Below, in pieces: positions 54,864 through 64,000 of a DNA stretch of 64,000 nt. The position numbers were made by a program, and so were the translations under genes. The stretch covers positions 10,279 through 74,278 of the forward strand of contig JAGVYT010000001.1 of assembly GCA_018303115.1 (NCBI GenBank), read 5' to 3'. The notes beneath the pieces were generated by a model, which ran no database searches, was not told where the DNA came from, and saw only the letters and a program-made list of their open reading frames with translations. Within the stretch, counting starts at the first letter, position 1; every line of letters starts with the position of its first letter. This stretch comes from Candidatus Woesearchaeota archaeon (lineage in GTDB: Archaea > Nanobdellota > Nanobdellia > Woesearchaeales > UBA10216).

Positions 54864-55457
54864 TTAACTACACTTCTCCCAAAGCTCGCCGCTCTTCCTT
54901 ATCAGCCCCTCTTTTGTAAATGCCTGCATGAACGGCTCAAGCTGCTCGGGCTTTATGCCGACAAGTTTTGATACTTCTCCAATGGGTTTTCTGCCTGAGC
55001 TGAGCATTATCAGCAGGAAGTTTTTCAGGAGGTTTGCAGAGTTTCTCTCAAGAAGCTGGTTGGCAGCGTTAACGTCCTTAAGCTTGAAGTCAATGCCATG
55101 AAGCATTGCAAGCGTATCGCTGACAAAGTTCGACAGCTCAAGCGAAGACATCTTGAAATTTTCAGGCTTAACAATTTCAAGAGAAGATGGAAGGTAGTCG
55201 AAGCATATCCTTGTCAGGACAACGAAATCCTTAAACAGCAGTTCCACCTCCGCGAATGTTGAGAAAAGCTTGTCCTTTTCCTCTGCAGGGTGAACCTTGT
55301 CAGAGATAACATCGACGTCTTTTTCCTCCCTTAACTTCTTAAGAACCAGAGCGAGAGTGCCCTCAACGTGCTGCTTTGGGGCGCCGAGGATCTCAATCAT
55401 TATGCGGCAATGCAAATAACCCTTGTCCAGCTTCTCGTCAATAGCCTCCTGCTCCAT
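54864..55457 (-). CDS. hypothetical protein with C-terminal winged-helix-like segment
   Basis: EVSKLVGIKPEQLEPFMQAFTKEGLIRK resembles a wHTH. Remainder unassigned. Confidence 0.35.
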   Translation of the reverse strand: MEQEAIDEKLDKGYLHCRIMIEILGAPKQHVEGTLALVLKKLREEKDVDVISDKVHPAEEKDKLFSTFAEVELLFKDFVVLTRICFDYLPSSLEIVKPENFKMSSLELSNFVSDTLAMLHGIDFKLKDVNAANQLLERNSANLLKNFLLIMLSSGRKPIGEVSKLVGIKPEQLEPFMQAFTKEGLIRKSGELWEKCS

Positions 55458-55728
55458 AACCAGATGACAATTATAAGGTGTTTTTATAGTTTGCTGAAAA
55501 TAAAGAGTGTCAGAAATCGAAGATTTCTGAGCATGCTCAGAAGCTTCGCTTCTGACATCCCGGCAGCGGCATAATAATACTTCCCAAATAGTTCGGATGC
55601 GTCAATCCTGAAGAAAATAGCTACACACTCTCTGCACAGGTTATACAAAAAGGCGACGGATTATAAAAAGCTTTCCCTCAAGGCAATGATTAACTTTATA
55701 TAACATCAGAAATCCTGATTTCTTTTTA

Positions 55729-56790
55729 ATGGCTAAGCTAATACTAAGCGACAACACAACATTTGAAGGGAAACCCTTCGGCGCTGACGCTTCTGTCTTT
55801 GGAGAGGTCGTGTTCAACACCGGCATGGTTGGCTATCCCGAGAGCCTGACAGACCCGAGCTATCGCGGCCAAATACTGGTGCTTACATACCCCCTGATTG
55901 GAAACTACGGCGTTCCCGGCGATGAAAAGGACGAATTTGGGCTGGTGAAAAATTTTGAATCGGAAAAGATACAGGTCTCCGGATTGATAATTTCCGATTA
56001 CTCAGAGAAATACAGCCACTGGAACGCGAAAAAATCCCTTTCTGACTGGCTGAAAGAGCATAATGTCCTTGGAATTTACGGAATAGATACGAGAATGCTT
56101 ACGAAGAAATTGAGGGAAAATGGCGTAATGCTCGGGAAAATAATTAACGGCAGCGGTTACGTTGAGCTTTCCGACCCGAACCTGAGAAATTTGGTCGCAG
56201 AAGTGTCTGTAAAGGACAAGACGGTGTATAATAAAGGCGGAGGCAAAAAAATAGTGCTGGTTGACTGCGGTGCAAAGCTGAACATAATAAGGAGCCTGAT
56301 AAAAAGGGGCTGTGAAGTAATAAGGGTGCCGTGGAATTACGATTTTCCTAAGGAAGAGTTTGACGGGCTTCTAATCAGCAACGGCCCCGGAGACCCCAAA
56401 ATGGCAGATATTACAATAAAGAACGTTGCTGCTGCAATGGAAAAAGACATTCCGGTATTTGGCATCTGCCTTGGAAATCAGATAATGGCGCTGGCAGCGG
56501 GAGGAAATACCTACAAGATGAAATACGGCCACAGGAGCCAGAACCAGCCGTGCATAGAGAACGGAAGCAAGCGCTGCTACATCACAACGCAAAACCACGG
56601 CTATGCGGTTGACATGAAAAGCCTTGGCAACGGCTGGGAAGAATGGTTTGTTAACGCAAATGACGGAACGAATGAAGGGCTTAGGCACAGGACAAAGCCT
56701 TTCATGTCAGTGCAGTTCCACCCTGAAGCGGCCCCTGGCCCTGTTGATGCAGAATGGATTTTTGACAAGTTCCTGGAGATGGTGAAATGA
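55729..56790 (+). CDS. carA: carbamoyl-phosphate synthase small (glutaminase) subunit
   Basis: N-terminal CPSase_sm domain, GIC(L)GNQ catalytic Cys, HPEA. TTTATATA box 26 nt upstream. Confidence 0.9.
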   Translation: MAKLILSDNTTFEGKPFGADASVFGEVVFNTGMVGYPESLTDPSYRGQILVLTYPLIGNYGVPGDEKDEFGLVKNFESEKIQVSGLIISDYSEKYSHWNAKKSLSDWLKEHNVLGIYGIDTRMLTKKLRENGVMLGKIINGSGYVELSDPNLRNLVAEVSVKDKTVYNKGGGKKIVLVDCGAKLNIIRSLIKRGCEVIRVPWNYDFPKEEFDGLLISNGPGDPKMADITIKNVAAAMEKDIPVFGICLGNQIMALAAGGNTYKMKYGHRSQNQPCIENGSKRCYITTQNHGYAVDMKSLGNGWEEWFVNANDGTNEGLRHRTKPFMSVQFHPEAAPGPVDAEWIFDKFLEMVK

Positions 56791-57287
56791 GCGAGGAAAT
56801 GATTGATGTTTTGGATGAGGAAGACAAATTTGTAAGAAAAGCCTCTAGAGGCGATGTCAGGAAAAATGCGTTATTGCACAAGACAATTCACGTGGTTATT
56901 TTGAATGAAAAAGGGAAATTCTTTGTTCAAAAAAGGGCTGCCAACAAAGACATTTGGCCAAGATTTTATGAGGTAGGGGTTGGAGAGACTGTCATTGCCA
57001 ACGAGGATTATGATGAAGCTGCCGAGAGGGGGCTAAGGGAAGAAATAGGGATAAATGCAAAGCCGCAATTACTGTTTGAAACAAAGTTTCGCTCAGAAGA
57101 AAACAATGCAAACATAAGGGTCTATAAGTGCGTCATTAAAGAAGGCGTAACGTTTGTAGATAAAGAAGTCAGCGAAGGCTTTTTTGTTTCTGAAGAAAAG
57201 CTCAGAGGGATGGTTGAAGGAAAAGACTTTACACCGGATAGCGTGCATGTGATGAAAAAATACTGGGGGCTGAAAAATGCACGATAA
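56787..57287 (+). CDS. Nudix hydrolase
   Basis: Nudix box GETVIANEDYDEAAERGLREEIGI. ATGA overlap with carA. Confidence 0.75.
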   Translation: MSEEMIDVLDEEDKFVRKASRGDVRKNALLHKTIHVVILNEKGKFFVQKRAANKDIWPRFYEVGVGETVIANEDYDEAAERGLREEIGINAKPQLLFETKFRSEENNANIRVYKCVIKEGVTFVDKEVSEGFFVSEEKLRGMVEGKDFTPDSVHVMKKYWGLKNAR

Positions 57288-57774
57288 ATACGTCGCTATT
57301 GCTGACGAGGACGACAACGTCATAGGCAAAGCCACCTGGAAAGAGGCTCATGAGAAAGGCATGATTACAAGGGCTGCTAACGTGCTGGTGTTCAACTCAA
57401 AAGGCGAGCTTTTAGTGCACAAAAGAAGCCGGAGCCTCCCGACATTTCCGGGAATGTATGACATAAAGCTTGGCGGGGTGGTCGACGATGGCGAGGGTTA
57501 CGAGGAAACCGCCCTGCGGGAACTGAAAGAGGAGGCGGGGATAGAAAATGCCAAGCTGAAATTCTTATTTTACTTCAAATACAGAAGCGACGAATACAAA
57601 AATAACAGGAAAGTTTACAGCTGCATATACAACGGCAAAGTCAGGCTTCAGGAAGAGGAGATTGAGGAAGGAAAGTTCGTGACGCTGGATGAGGCAAAGA
57701 AGCTTGTTGCGGGAAGTGATGTTTCACCGTCAGCTGCAGAGGTGTTTTGGGAGTTTTTGAAAAGAAATGAATAA
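57277..57774 (+). CDS. Nudix hydrolase (paralogue)
   Basis: Nudix box GGVVDDGEGYEETALRELKEEAGI. Confidence 0.75.
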   Translation: MHDKYVAIADEDDNVIGKATWKEAHEKGMITRAANVLVFNSKGELLVHKRSRSLPTFPGMYDIKLGGVVDDGEGYEETALRELKEEAGIENAKLKFLFYFKYRSDEYKNNRKVYSCIYNGKVRLQEEEIEEGKFVTLDEAKKLVAGSDVSPSAAEVFWEFLKRNE

Positions 57775-60700
57775 GCCAAAGAAGGTTTTGGTGCTTGGAA
57801 GCGGCGCCATAAAAATTGGGGAAGCCGGGGAGTTTGATTTTTCAGGCTCGCAAGCCCTCAAAAGTTTGCGGGAGGAGAGGATTGAAACGGTGTTGGTGAA
57901 TCCAAATATCGCGACAATTCAGACTGACAGCAGGATTGCTGACAGAATCTACTTCCTGCCGGTAACGCATTACTTTGTCGAAAAGGTAATAGAGAAGGAA
58001 AAGCCAGACGGGATACTGCTGGGCTTCGGCGGGCAGACTGCACTGAACTGCGGCGTTGAACTTTACGACAGCGGAGTGCTGAAAAAACACGGGGTGAGGG
58101 TGCTTGGAACGCCTGTTGAGACGATAAAAGCCACTGAGGACCGCGAGCTGTTCGTAAAAAAACTTACTGAAATTGAATTGAAAACGCCAAAAGGAATAGC
58201 TGTTGACGGCATTGGGCTTGCATTGAAAGCAGCAGAGGTAATAGGCTATCCGGTCATGGTAAGGTCTGCCTATGCGCTTGGAGGCTTGGGAAGCAGGCTC
58301 TGCCGCAACAGCGGCGAATTAAAGGAGGCTGCAGAGATGGCTTTTTCTCACACCAAGCAAATCCTCGTGGAAGAATACCTGAACAAGTGGAAAGAGGTTG
58401 AGTATGAGATTGTCCGCGATGCGTATGACAACTGCATCACTGTGTGCAACATGGAAAACCTTGACCCGATGGGAATACACACCGGCGACAGCATAGTGGT
58501 TGCTCCATCGCAGACGCTTACCAACAACGAGTATCACAAGTTAAGGGCTATTTCAATCAAGCTGATAAGGCATCTCGGAATAGTCGGGGAATGCAATATA
58601 CAATTTGCGCTGGAGCCTTCAAGCGATGACTACCGAATTATTGAAGTGAACGCGCGACTCTCAAGAAGCTCTGCCCTGGCGAGCAAGGCGACAGGCTATC
58701 CGCTTGCATTTGTAGCTGCAAAGCTGGCATTGGGATACTCGCTCACTGAAATAAAGAATTCAATCACAAAAAAAACCATTGCCTGCTTTGAGCCATCCCT
58801 TGATTACGTTGTTGTGAAAATGCCAAGGTGGGACTTGAAAAAATTCAGGAACATCTCGCGCAGAATAGGAAGCCAGATGAAATCAGTTGGGGAAGTAATG
58901 GCTATCGGAAGGAAATTTGAGGAAGCGCTGCAAAAGGCAGTCAGAATGACTGATATAGGGGCGCATGGAATCGTCTGCAATGACTTCAGCTACGACATTG
59001 AAAGGGAGCTTGCAGAGCCAAGCGATGAAAGGATATTTGCGGTAGCGGAGGCAGTCAAAATCGGCTATAGCTGCGAGGAAATATCAAAGCTTACAGGCAT
59101 AGACGAGTGGTTTCTGCACAAAATAAAAAACATCACCGAGTTTGAAGAAAAGCTAAGAAAAAATGATTTTGACGGAACCGGCAGGGAGCTTCTTCTTCAG
59201 GCCAAGCAGCTGGGCTTTTCAGACAAGCAGCTTTCAATAATCTTCAATGTAAGCTACCTCGATGTGAAGAGGAAAAGGGACGAGTTAGGGATAAGGCCTG
59301 CGGTTAAGCAGATAGACACCCTTGCAGCAGAATACCCTGCACAGACAAACTACCTCTACCTGACTTACAATAGCGATGAGGACGACGTCAAATTCGAGGA
59401 AAAGAAGAAAGTAATTGTCCTTGGCAGCGGCGTTTACAGAATTGGGAGCAGCGTTGAGTTTGACTGGTGCTGCGTGAATGCAGTGCTAACGCTGAAGGAT
59501 TTGGGATACACAACTATCATGATAAACTACAACCCTGAAACAGTCTCAACAGACTATGACGTCTGCGACAAGCTCTACTTTGAGGAGATAAGCTTTGAAA
59601 CTGTGATTGAAATCTATGAAAAAGAGAATCCTGACGGGATTATTGTTTCCATGGGCGGCCAGATACCAAACAATATTGCAGTAAAGCTTGAGAATTATGG
59701 CGCAAAAATAATCGGAACACCTGCCAAGAGCATAGACAACGCAGAGGACCGCTACAAGTTTTCAAAACTTCTTGACGAACTGGGAATAGCGCAGCCTGAA
59801 TGGAAGGGGCTGACCAATTATGAAGAAGCCAGGGGCTTTGCAAACAGGGTTGGCTACCCTATACTTGTAAGGCCTTCCTATGTTTTGAGCGGTGCTGCCA
59901 TGAACGTTGCTTTCACTGATGCCGACCTTGAGACATACCTGACACGAGCCTCAAAAGTCAGCCAGGAACACCCTGTTGTCATAAGCAAATTCATGGTCAA
60001 TTCAAAGGAGATAGAGATAGATGCCGTAGCAAAAAACGGGGAAATCGTTGCCGAGGCAATAACAGAGCACGTGGAAAATGCAGGGGTTCATTCAGGAGAT
60101 GCCACCATGGTTTATCCAGGGCATGAGCTTTATGAGGACAGTGTTGAAAAGGTGAAAAGCATATCTGCGGCCATTGCAGGCAGGCTGAGGATAACCGGGC
60201 CTTTTAACATCCAGTTCCTAGCCAAGGAAAATGAGGTGATGGTGATAGAGTGCAACCTGCGCGCTTCAAGAAGCTTTCCGTTTGTATCAAAAGTCGGGAA
60301 GAACAACATGATAGAAACAGCGACAAAGGTAATGATGGGCGTAGATGTGAACTGCAAAGCCGCTGACATTAAGCATGTAGGCATAAAATCCCCCCAGTTT
60401 TCCTTCTCAAGGCTTACAGGAGCAGACCCAATCTCGACAGTTGAAATGGCATCAACCGGAGAAGTTGCCTGCCTTGGCGATGACGTGAACGGGGCTTTTC
60501 TTAAGGCGCTGATGGCAGCCGGGTTCAAACTGCCGAAGAAGAACGTGCTGCTCAGTTTAGGAGGTGAAGTCAACAAAGAGAAGTTACTGGAAAGCGCGAA
60601 GAAGCTGGAAGGAATGGGCTACAACCTTTTTGCAACGCACAAAACCTCAACATTTCTCAAAGAGAATAATATAGAAAACACCATGCTCCACAAAATAGGC

Positions 60701-60937
60701 GAGGACACCTCTCCAAACATAAAGGAATACCTAAGCAAAGACAAGCTGGACCTCATAATAAACATTCCAATAGAGTATACTGCCAGCGAGCTGGCAGACG
60801 GCTACACAATGAGAAGGAAGGCTGCAGACTTCGCAATACCCCTGATTACAAACAGGCAGCTGGCAAGGCTTTTCGTGGATGCGCTAAGCAGCAAAAAGAT
60901 TGAGGAGCTGGACATAAAGGCGTGGAATGAATACTGA
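57767..60937 (+). CDS. carB: carbamoyl-phosphate synthase large subunit
   Basis: Duplicated ATP-grasp halves, oligomerisation and MGS-like domains, 1056 aa. Confidence 0.9.
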   Translation: MNKPKKVLVLGSGAIKIGEAGEFDFSGSQALKSLREERIETVLVNPNIATIQTDSRIADRIYFLPVTHYFVEKVIEKEKPDGILLGFGGQTALNCGVELYDSGVLKKHGVRVLGTPVETIKATEDRELFVKKLTEIELKTPKGIAVDGIGLALKAAEVIGYPVMVRSAYALGGLGSRLCRNSGELKEAAEMAFSHTKQILVEEYLNKWKEVEYEIVRDAYDNCITVCNMENLDPMGIHTGDSIVVAPSQTLTNNEYHKLRAISIKLIRHLGIVGECNIQFALEPSSDDYRIIEVNARLSRSSALASKATGYPLAFVAAKLALGYSLTEIKNSITKKTIACFEPSLDYVVVKMPRWDLKKFRNISRRIGSQMKSVGEVMAIGRKFEEALQKAVRMTDIGAHGIVCNDFSYDIERELAEPSDERIFAVAEAVKIGYSCEEISKLTGIDEWFLHKIKNITEFEEKLRKNDFDGTGRELLLQAKQLGFSDKQLSIIFNVSYLDVKRKRDELGIRPAVKQIDTLAAEYPAQTNYLYLTYNSDEDDVKFEEKKKVIVLGSGVYRIGSSVEFDWCCVNAVLTLKDLGYTTIMINYNPETVSTDYDVCDKLYFEEISFETVIEIYEKENPDGIIVSMGGQIPNNIAVKLENYGAKIIGTPAKSIDNAEDRYKFSKLLDELGIAQPEWKGLTNYEEARGFANRVGYPILVRPSYVLSGAAMNVAFTDADLETYLTRASKVSQEHPVVISKFMVNSKEIEIDAVAKNGEIVAEAITEHVENAGVHSGDATMVYPGHELYEDSVEKVKSISAAIAGRLRITGPFNIQFLAKENEVMVIECNLRASRSFPFVSKVGKNNMIETATKVMMGVDVNCKAADIKHVGIKSPQFSFSRLTGADPISTVEMASTGEVACLGDDVNGAFLKALMAAGFKLPKKNVLLSLGGEVNKEKLLESAKKLEGMGYNLFATHKTSTFLKENNIENTMLHKIGEDTSPNIKEYLSKDKLDLIINIPIEYTASELADGYTMRRKAADFAIPLITNRQLARLFVDALSSKKIEELDIKAWNEY

Positions 60938-60976
60938 CAAAATAATTTATAAAAGCGGGAAATTAACGATTCGGAG

Positions 60977-61852
60977 TTGGGAAAAATGGCTGACATCGGA
61001 GTGAATCTTTGCGGGCTGAAGCTTGCGAATCCCACTGTGCTGGCTTCAGGAATTGTAGGAATAAGCAAGGCTTCGGTAAGCTATGCTGTAAAAAACGGGG
61101 CAGGGGGGGTAATACTCACTTACGAAGGCGGAATGCTGAATTCAGTCGGATACCCAAACCCTGGCATAGACAACATAGCAGAAGAGTTTTCCAACCTGAA
61201 AAGCGTGGGAGCGCCTGTGATAGGAAGCATAACAGGGAAAAATGCAGAAGAATTTGCGATGCTTGCAGGGAAGATAAACAAAATGGACTTTGCGGCAATA
61301 GAAATTGTAATGAGCTGCCCCCACACCCCGGGCTACGGCACAATGGCAGGGCAAAGCACGCCTGAGATAACCGAGGAAATAACAAAAGCAGTAAGGGCAA
61401 AGGTTACCAAACCGCTGTTTGTAAAACTTTCCCCAAACGTGATGGCAATATCAGAGATTGCAAAAGCTGCTGAAAAAGGAGGGGCTGATGCGATAACAGC
61501 TGTTAACACGCTAGGCCCAGGAATGGTTATAGACATAAAAAGCCGAAAGCCGGTTCTTGGAGGAAAAATAGGAGGGCTGAGCGGAGATGCGTTAAGGCCT
61601 GTTGCTGTCAGGTGCGTTTACGACATTTACAAGTCTGTAAAGATTCCAATCATAGGAACAGGCGGAGTGCTAACAGGGGAGCACGCGGTTGAGATGATAA
61701 TGGCAGGGGCAACAGCTGTGGGAATAGGAACTGGCGTTTACAACCGCGGAATAAGCGTTTTCAGGAAGGTTACTAGGGAGATTACGGCTTTCATGAAAGA
61801 GAATAACTACTCCACTTTGGAAGAAATGAGGGGGAAGGCGCATGAAGAATGA
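60977..61852 (+). CDS. pyrD: dihydroorotate dehydrogenase 1B catalytic subunit
   Basis: TIM-barrel DHOD motifs (GIVGISKAS, NTLGPGM, IIGTGGV). Confidence 0.85.
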   Translation: MGKMADIGVNLCGLKLANPTVLASGIVGISKASVSYAVKNGAGGVILTYEGGMLNSVGYPNPGIDNIAEEFSNLKSVGAPVIGSITGKNAEEFAMLAGKINKMDFAAIEIVMSCPHTPGYGTMAGQSTPEITEEITKAVRAKVTKPLFVKLSPNVMAISEIAKAAEKGGADAITAVNTLGPGMVIDIKSRKPVLGGKIGGLSGDALRPVAVRCVYDIYKSVKIPIIGTGGVLTGEHAVEMIMAGATAVGIGTGVYNRGISVFRKVTREITAFMKENNYSTLEEMRGKAHEE

Positions 61853-62648
61853 GATGCCTGTAACAGTGCCAATAAAGAAAGTGATAGACGAAGCTAATGG
61901 GATAAAAAGCGTAATTCTCCCTTACAGGCTTAATGCAAAGCCAGGGCAGTTTGCAATGATATGGCTGCCGGGGGTGGATTTAAAACCTGTTGGTGTTTCT
62001 TACCAGGACGAAAGCTCTTTTGGAATAACGGTATCTGCTGTAGGGGCATGGTCGAAAAAGATTTGTGAAATGAAGGCGGGAGAGCTTCTTGGGGTCATGG
62101 GGCCTTACGGAAAAGCATTCAAGCTTGAGGGAAAAAATATCGTCCTTATAGGAGGCGGGTACGGGGCTGCATCGCTGATGATGTTGGCAGAGAGAGCGCT
62201 TAAGGAAGAAACTAACGCCACTATGATTATTGGCGCCCGCAGCAGTGATTGCTTGATTTACAGAGAGCGTGTTAAACAGCTTGGTTTGAAAACAATCTTC
62301 ACAACAGACGACGGCAGCTTCGGGGAGAAAGGCTTTACTACAGATGTCCTGCAGAAAATCCTGAAAGAAGAGAAAGCGGATAAGGTCTTTGCAGTTGGAC
62401 CTGAACTGATGGAGAAGAGAGTAGCGGAGATTTGCCTCGAGAATAATGTGCCTTGCGAGATAAGCATTGAGAGGTATATGAAATGCGGCTTCGGGGTTTG
62501 CGGGGCGTGCAGCGTTGATGACGAAGGCAAACGCGTCTGCGTTGAAGGAACTGTCTTTAGCGGCGAGGAAGCGCTTAAAATAAGGGAATTTGGAAAATAC
62601 CATCGTGACGGAAGCGCACTAAAAAAAGAGTTTGGAGGGAAAAAATGA
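61842..62648 (+). CDS. pyrK: dihydroorotate dehydrogenase electron-transfer subunit
   Basis: FAD/NAD-binding fold plus C-terminal CGFGVCGAC 2Fe-2S ligands. Confidence 0.8.
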   Translation: MKNEMPVTVPIKKVIDEANGIKSVILPYRLNAKPGQFAMIWLPGVDLKPVGVSYQDESSFGITVSAVGAWSKKICEMKAGELLGVMGPYGKAFKLEGKNIVLIGGGYGAASLMMLAERALKEETNATMIIGARSSDCLIYRERVKQLGLKTIFTTDDGSFGEKGFTTDVLQKILKEEKADKVFAVGPELMEKRVAEICLENNVPCEISIERYMKCGFGVCGACSVDDEGKRVCVEGTVFSGEEALKIREFGKYHRDGSALKKEFGGKK

Positions 62649-63568
62649 GCTTTGAAGGCCGTCACATACTGGCAATAAGCGATTTTACAAAAGAAGAGCT
62701 GCTCAGGATAATAAAAGTTGCAGGCGAGGTGGACAAAGACAGGGAAAAGCATAAGGACCTGCTAAGAGGAAAAATAGCTGCCACGCTCTTCTTCGAGGCA
62801 TCCACAAGGACAAGAATGTCATTCCAGGCGGCAATGCAGCGCCTAGGCGGCTCAATAATAGGCTTCTCCGACGTCTCAATGACGTCAATAAAAAAAGGAG
62901 AGAGCCTCCCTGACACAATCAAGATAGTGAGCGGCTATTGCGACGTAATTATAATGAGGCACCCCGAATCCGGAAGCGTTGCAGAGGCTGCAAAGGATGC
63001 AGCAGTTCCCGTAATCAACGCTGGAGACGGCACAAACGAGCACCCCACCCAGACAATCCTCGACCTTTACACCATAAAGAAGGAGCTTGGAAGACTTGAA
63101 GGGCTAAAAGTGGGCTTTGTGGGAGACTCAAAGTACGGAAGGACAGTCCACTCACTAGTAAGGGCGCTCAGCAATTTCAACCCGGAGTTTTATTTCATTT
63201 CCCACCCTTTGTTAAAAATGCCTGAAGAGTATCTGGAAGGGCTTAACAAAAAAGGCATAAAATACTTTGAGGAAACTGACTTGTTCAAAGTAAGCAAAGA
63301 GCTTGACGTCCTTTACGTAACAAGAATACAGAAAGAGAGGTTTGAAAGCGAAGAAGAATACAAAAAGGTAAAAGGGGCTTACCGGCTCGGCAAGTCTCTT
63401 GCAAAACACATAAGAAGCGACGCAAAAATACTGCACCCCCTTCCAAGAGTGGATGAACTGGACCCAGAACTGGACGAGCTTCCCCAAAGCATATACTTCA
63501 AGCAGGCCCATAACGGCATTCCAGTCAGGATGGCGCTGCTCGGGCTGGTGCTTGGGAAATTAAAATGA
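62645..63568 (+). CDS. pyrB: aspartate carbamoyltransferase catalytic subunit
   Basis: STRTR, HPTQ, HPLP motifs. Confidence 0.9.
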   Translation: MSFEGRHILAISDFTKEELLRIIKVAGEVDKDREKHKDLLRGKIAATLFFEASTRTRMSFQAAMQRLGGSIIGFSDVSMTSIKKGESLPDTIKIVSGYCDVIIMRHPESGSVAEAAKDAAVPVINAGDGTNEHPTQTILDLYTIKKELGRLEGLKVGFVGDSKYGRTVHSLVRALSNFNPEFYFISHPLLKMPEEYLEGLNKKGIKYFEETDLFKVSKELDVLYVTRIQKERFESEEEYKKVKGAYRLGKSLAKHIRSDAKILHPLPRVDELDPELDELPQSIYFKQAHNGIPVRMALLGLVLGKLK

Positions 63569-63786
63569 GCGAAAAGCTTAAGTTAACTTCAGCAGAGAAG
63601 AAAAAATACCTTTTGCCGACAAAGGCTGATTTTGAAATTTTAGACAAATGCAAACAACTTGAAAAATCGGGCTTGACGAAATATGACCGATTCTTGGCGA
63701 ATTTCATCAAAACCCAGTTAGAGAAGGACTGGAGAAAAACGCTGCTAAAAGAACTGAACAGGCTTTTGAGAAAATACAAAAGGTAA
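63565..63786 (+). CDS. hypothetical small basic helical protein in the position usually occupied by pyrI
   Basis: 73 aa, ATGA overlap with pyrB, no Zn-binding Cys as in PyrI. Confidence 0.35.
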   Translation: MSEKLKLTSAEKKKYLLPTKADFEILDKCKQLEKSGLTKYDRFLANFIKTQLEKDWRKTLLKELNRLLRKYKR

Positions 63787-63802
63787 CCAATTGTTGTGAA
63801 AG

Positions 63803-64000
63803 ATGACGTTAGCAATTGTCAACGGAAAAGTAATGGTAAACGGAAAGCTGGAAGACAAAAACATATTGATAGAAAATGGAAAGATAACTAAAATTACTGC
63901 GGATAAAATCAGCAGCAGCGATAGACTTGACGCTTCTGGAAAGATTGTGCTGCCAGGGCTGATTGACGTGCATGTTCACCTTCGCGAACCGGGACTTACG
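63803..64000 (+). CDS. pyrC: dihydroorotase, N-terminal part (3' end outside window)
   Basis: GLIDVHVHLREPG metal-binding HxH motif. Confidence 0.8.
   Translation, partial: MTLAIVNGKVMVNGKLEDKNILIENGKITKITADKISSSDRLDASGKIVLPGLIDVHVHLREPGLT

Noticed and set aside
1-64000. Transposase or insertion-sequence genes, or integrases
   Set aside because: No DDE transposase, tyrosine/serine recombinase or terminal inverted repeats typical of IS elements were recognised. The only mobile-looking features are the short repeats reported above.

Overview
The sequence reads as an archaeal chromosomal window, possibly from a small-genome or DPANN-like archaeon. The signals for this are TTTAAATA-type TATA boxes 22-26 nt upstream of start codons with no Shine-Dalgarno (mostly leaderless genes), an Fap7/AK6-type kinase, an archaeal-type MBF1 with a zinc ribbon, a THUMP/Trm14 methyltransferase, an NFACT/Rqc2 homologue and a lone 5S rRNA. 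The first ~35 kb is largely a surface-glycan biosynthesis island. Its visible parts are:
- a split transketolase with an APH-like kinase and a HAD phosphatase;
- two tandem sugar C-methyltransferases, one fused to a cupin;
- a DegT aminotransferase with an N-formyltransferase and a 4,6-dehydratase (a Qdt/Fdt-like formamido-deoxyhexose route);
- an Arn-like lipid-carrier logic: GT2, a pair of small EamA flippase-like proteins, and GT-C/PMT-like membrane transferases;
- a split HldE-like NDP-heptose module with an adenylyltransferase-GmhB fusion;
- a UDP-glucose dehydrogenase / UDP-xylose synthase branch;
- a GtrA/GtrB-like pair, several methyltransferases, and a large sequon-rich surface protein.
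This island is interrupted at ~25.5-29.8 kb by an AT-rich accessory segment. That segment carries three toxin-antitoxin modules (VapBC; an AbrB-RelE pair with an attached unknown gene) and genes separated by reused 22-38 nt direct repeats and UUCG-tetraloop hairpins. The right half holds housekeeping genes (Rqc2, Fap7, YjbQ, MBF1, GT2 synthases, Trm14, GyrA, ScpB, carA/carB, pyrD/K/B/C) plus two MNT-HEPN toxin-antitoxin pairs. The most unusual non-coding signal is a family of at least six long hairpins. Each has a pyrimidine-rich 5' arm (..TTTCTCC..) and a purine-rich 3' arm (..GGAGAAA..). Their loops are related (TWRMCYWGTYRA-like), all lie in the same orientation on the + strand, and most sit in divergent promoter regions of the glycan genes. 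One is embedded in a 95-nt four-way-junction (cloverleaf) structure that probably forms the 5' leader of a ribbon-helix-helix/nucleotidyltransferase fusion gene. All functional calls are from motif recognition by eye; no database searches were run.
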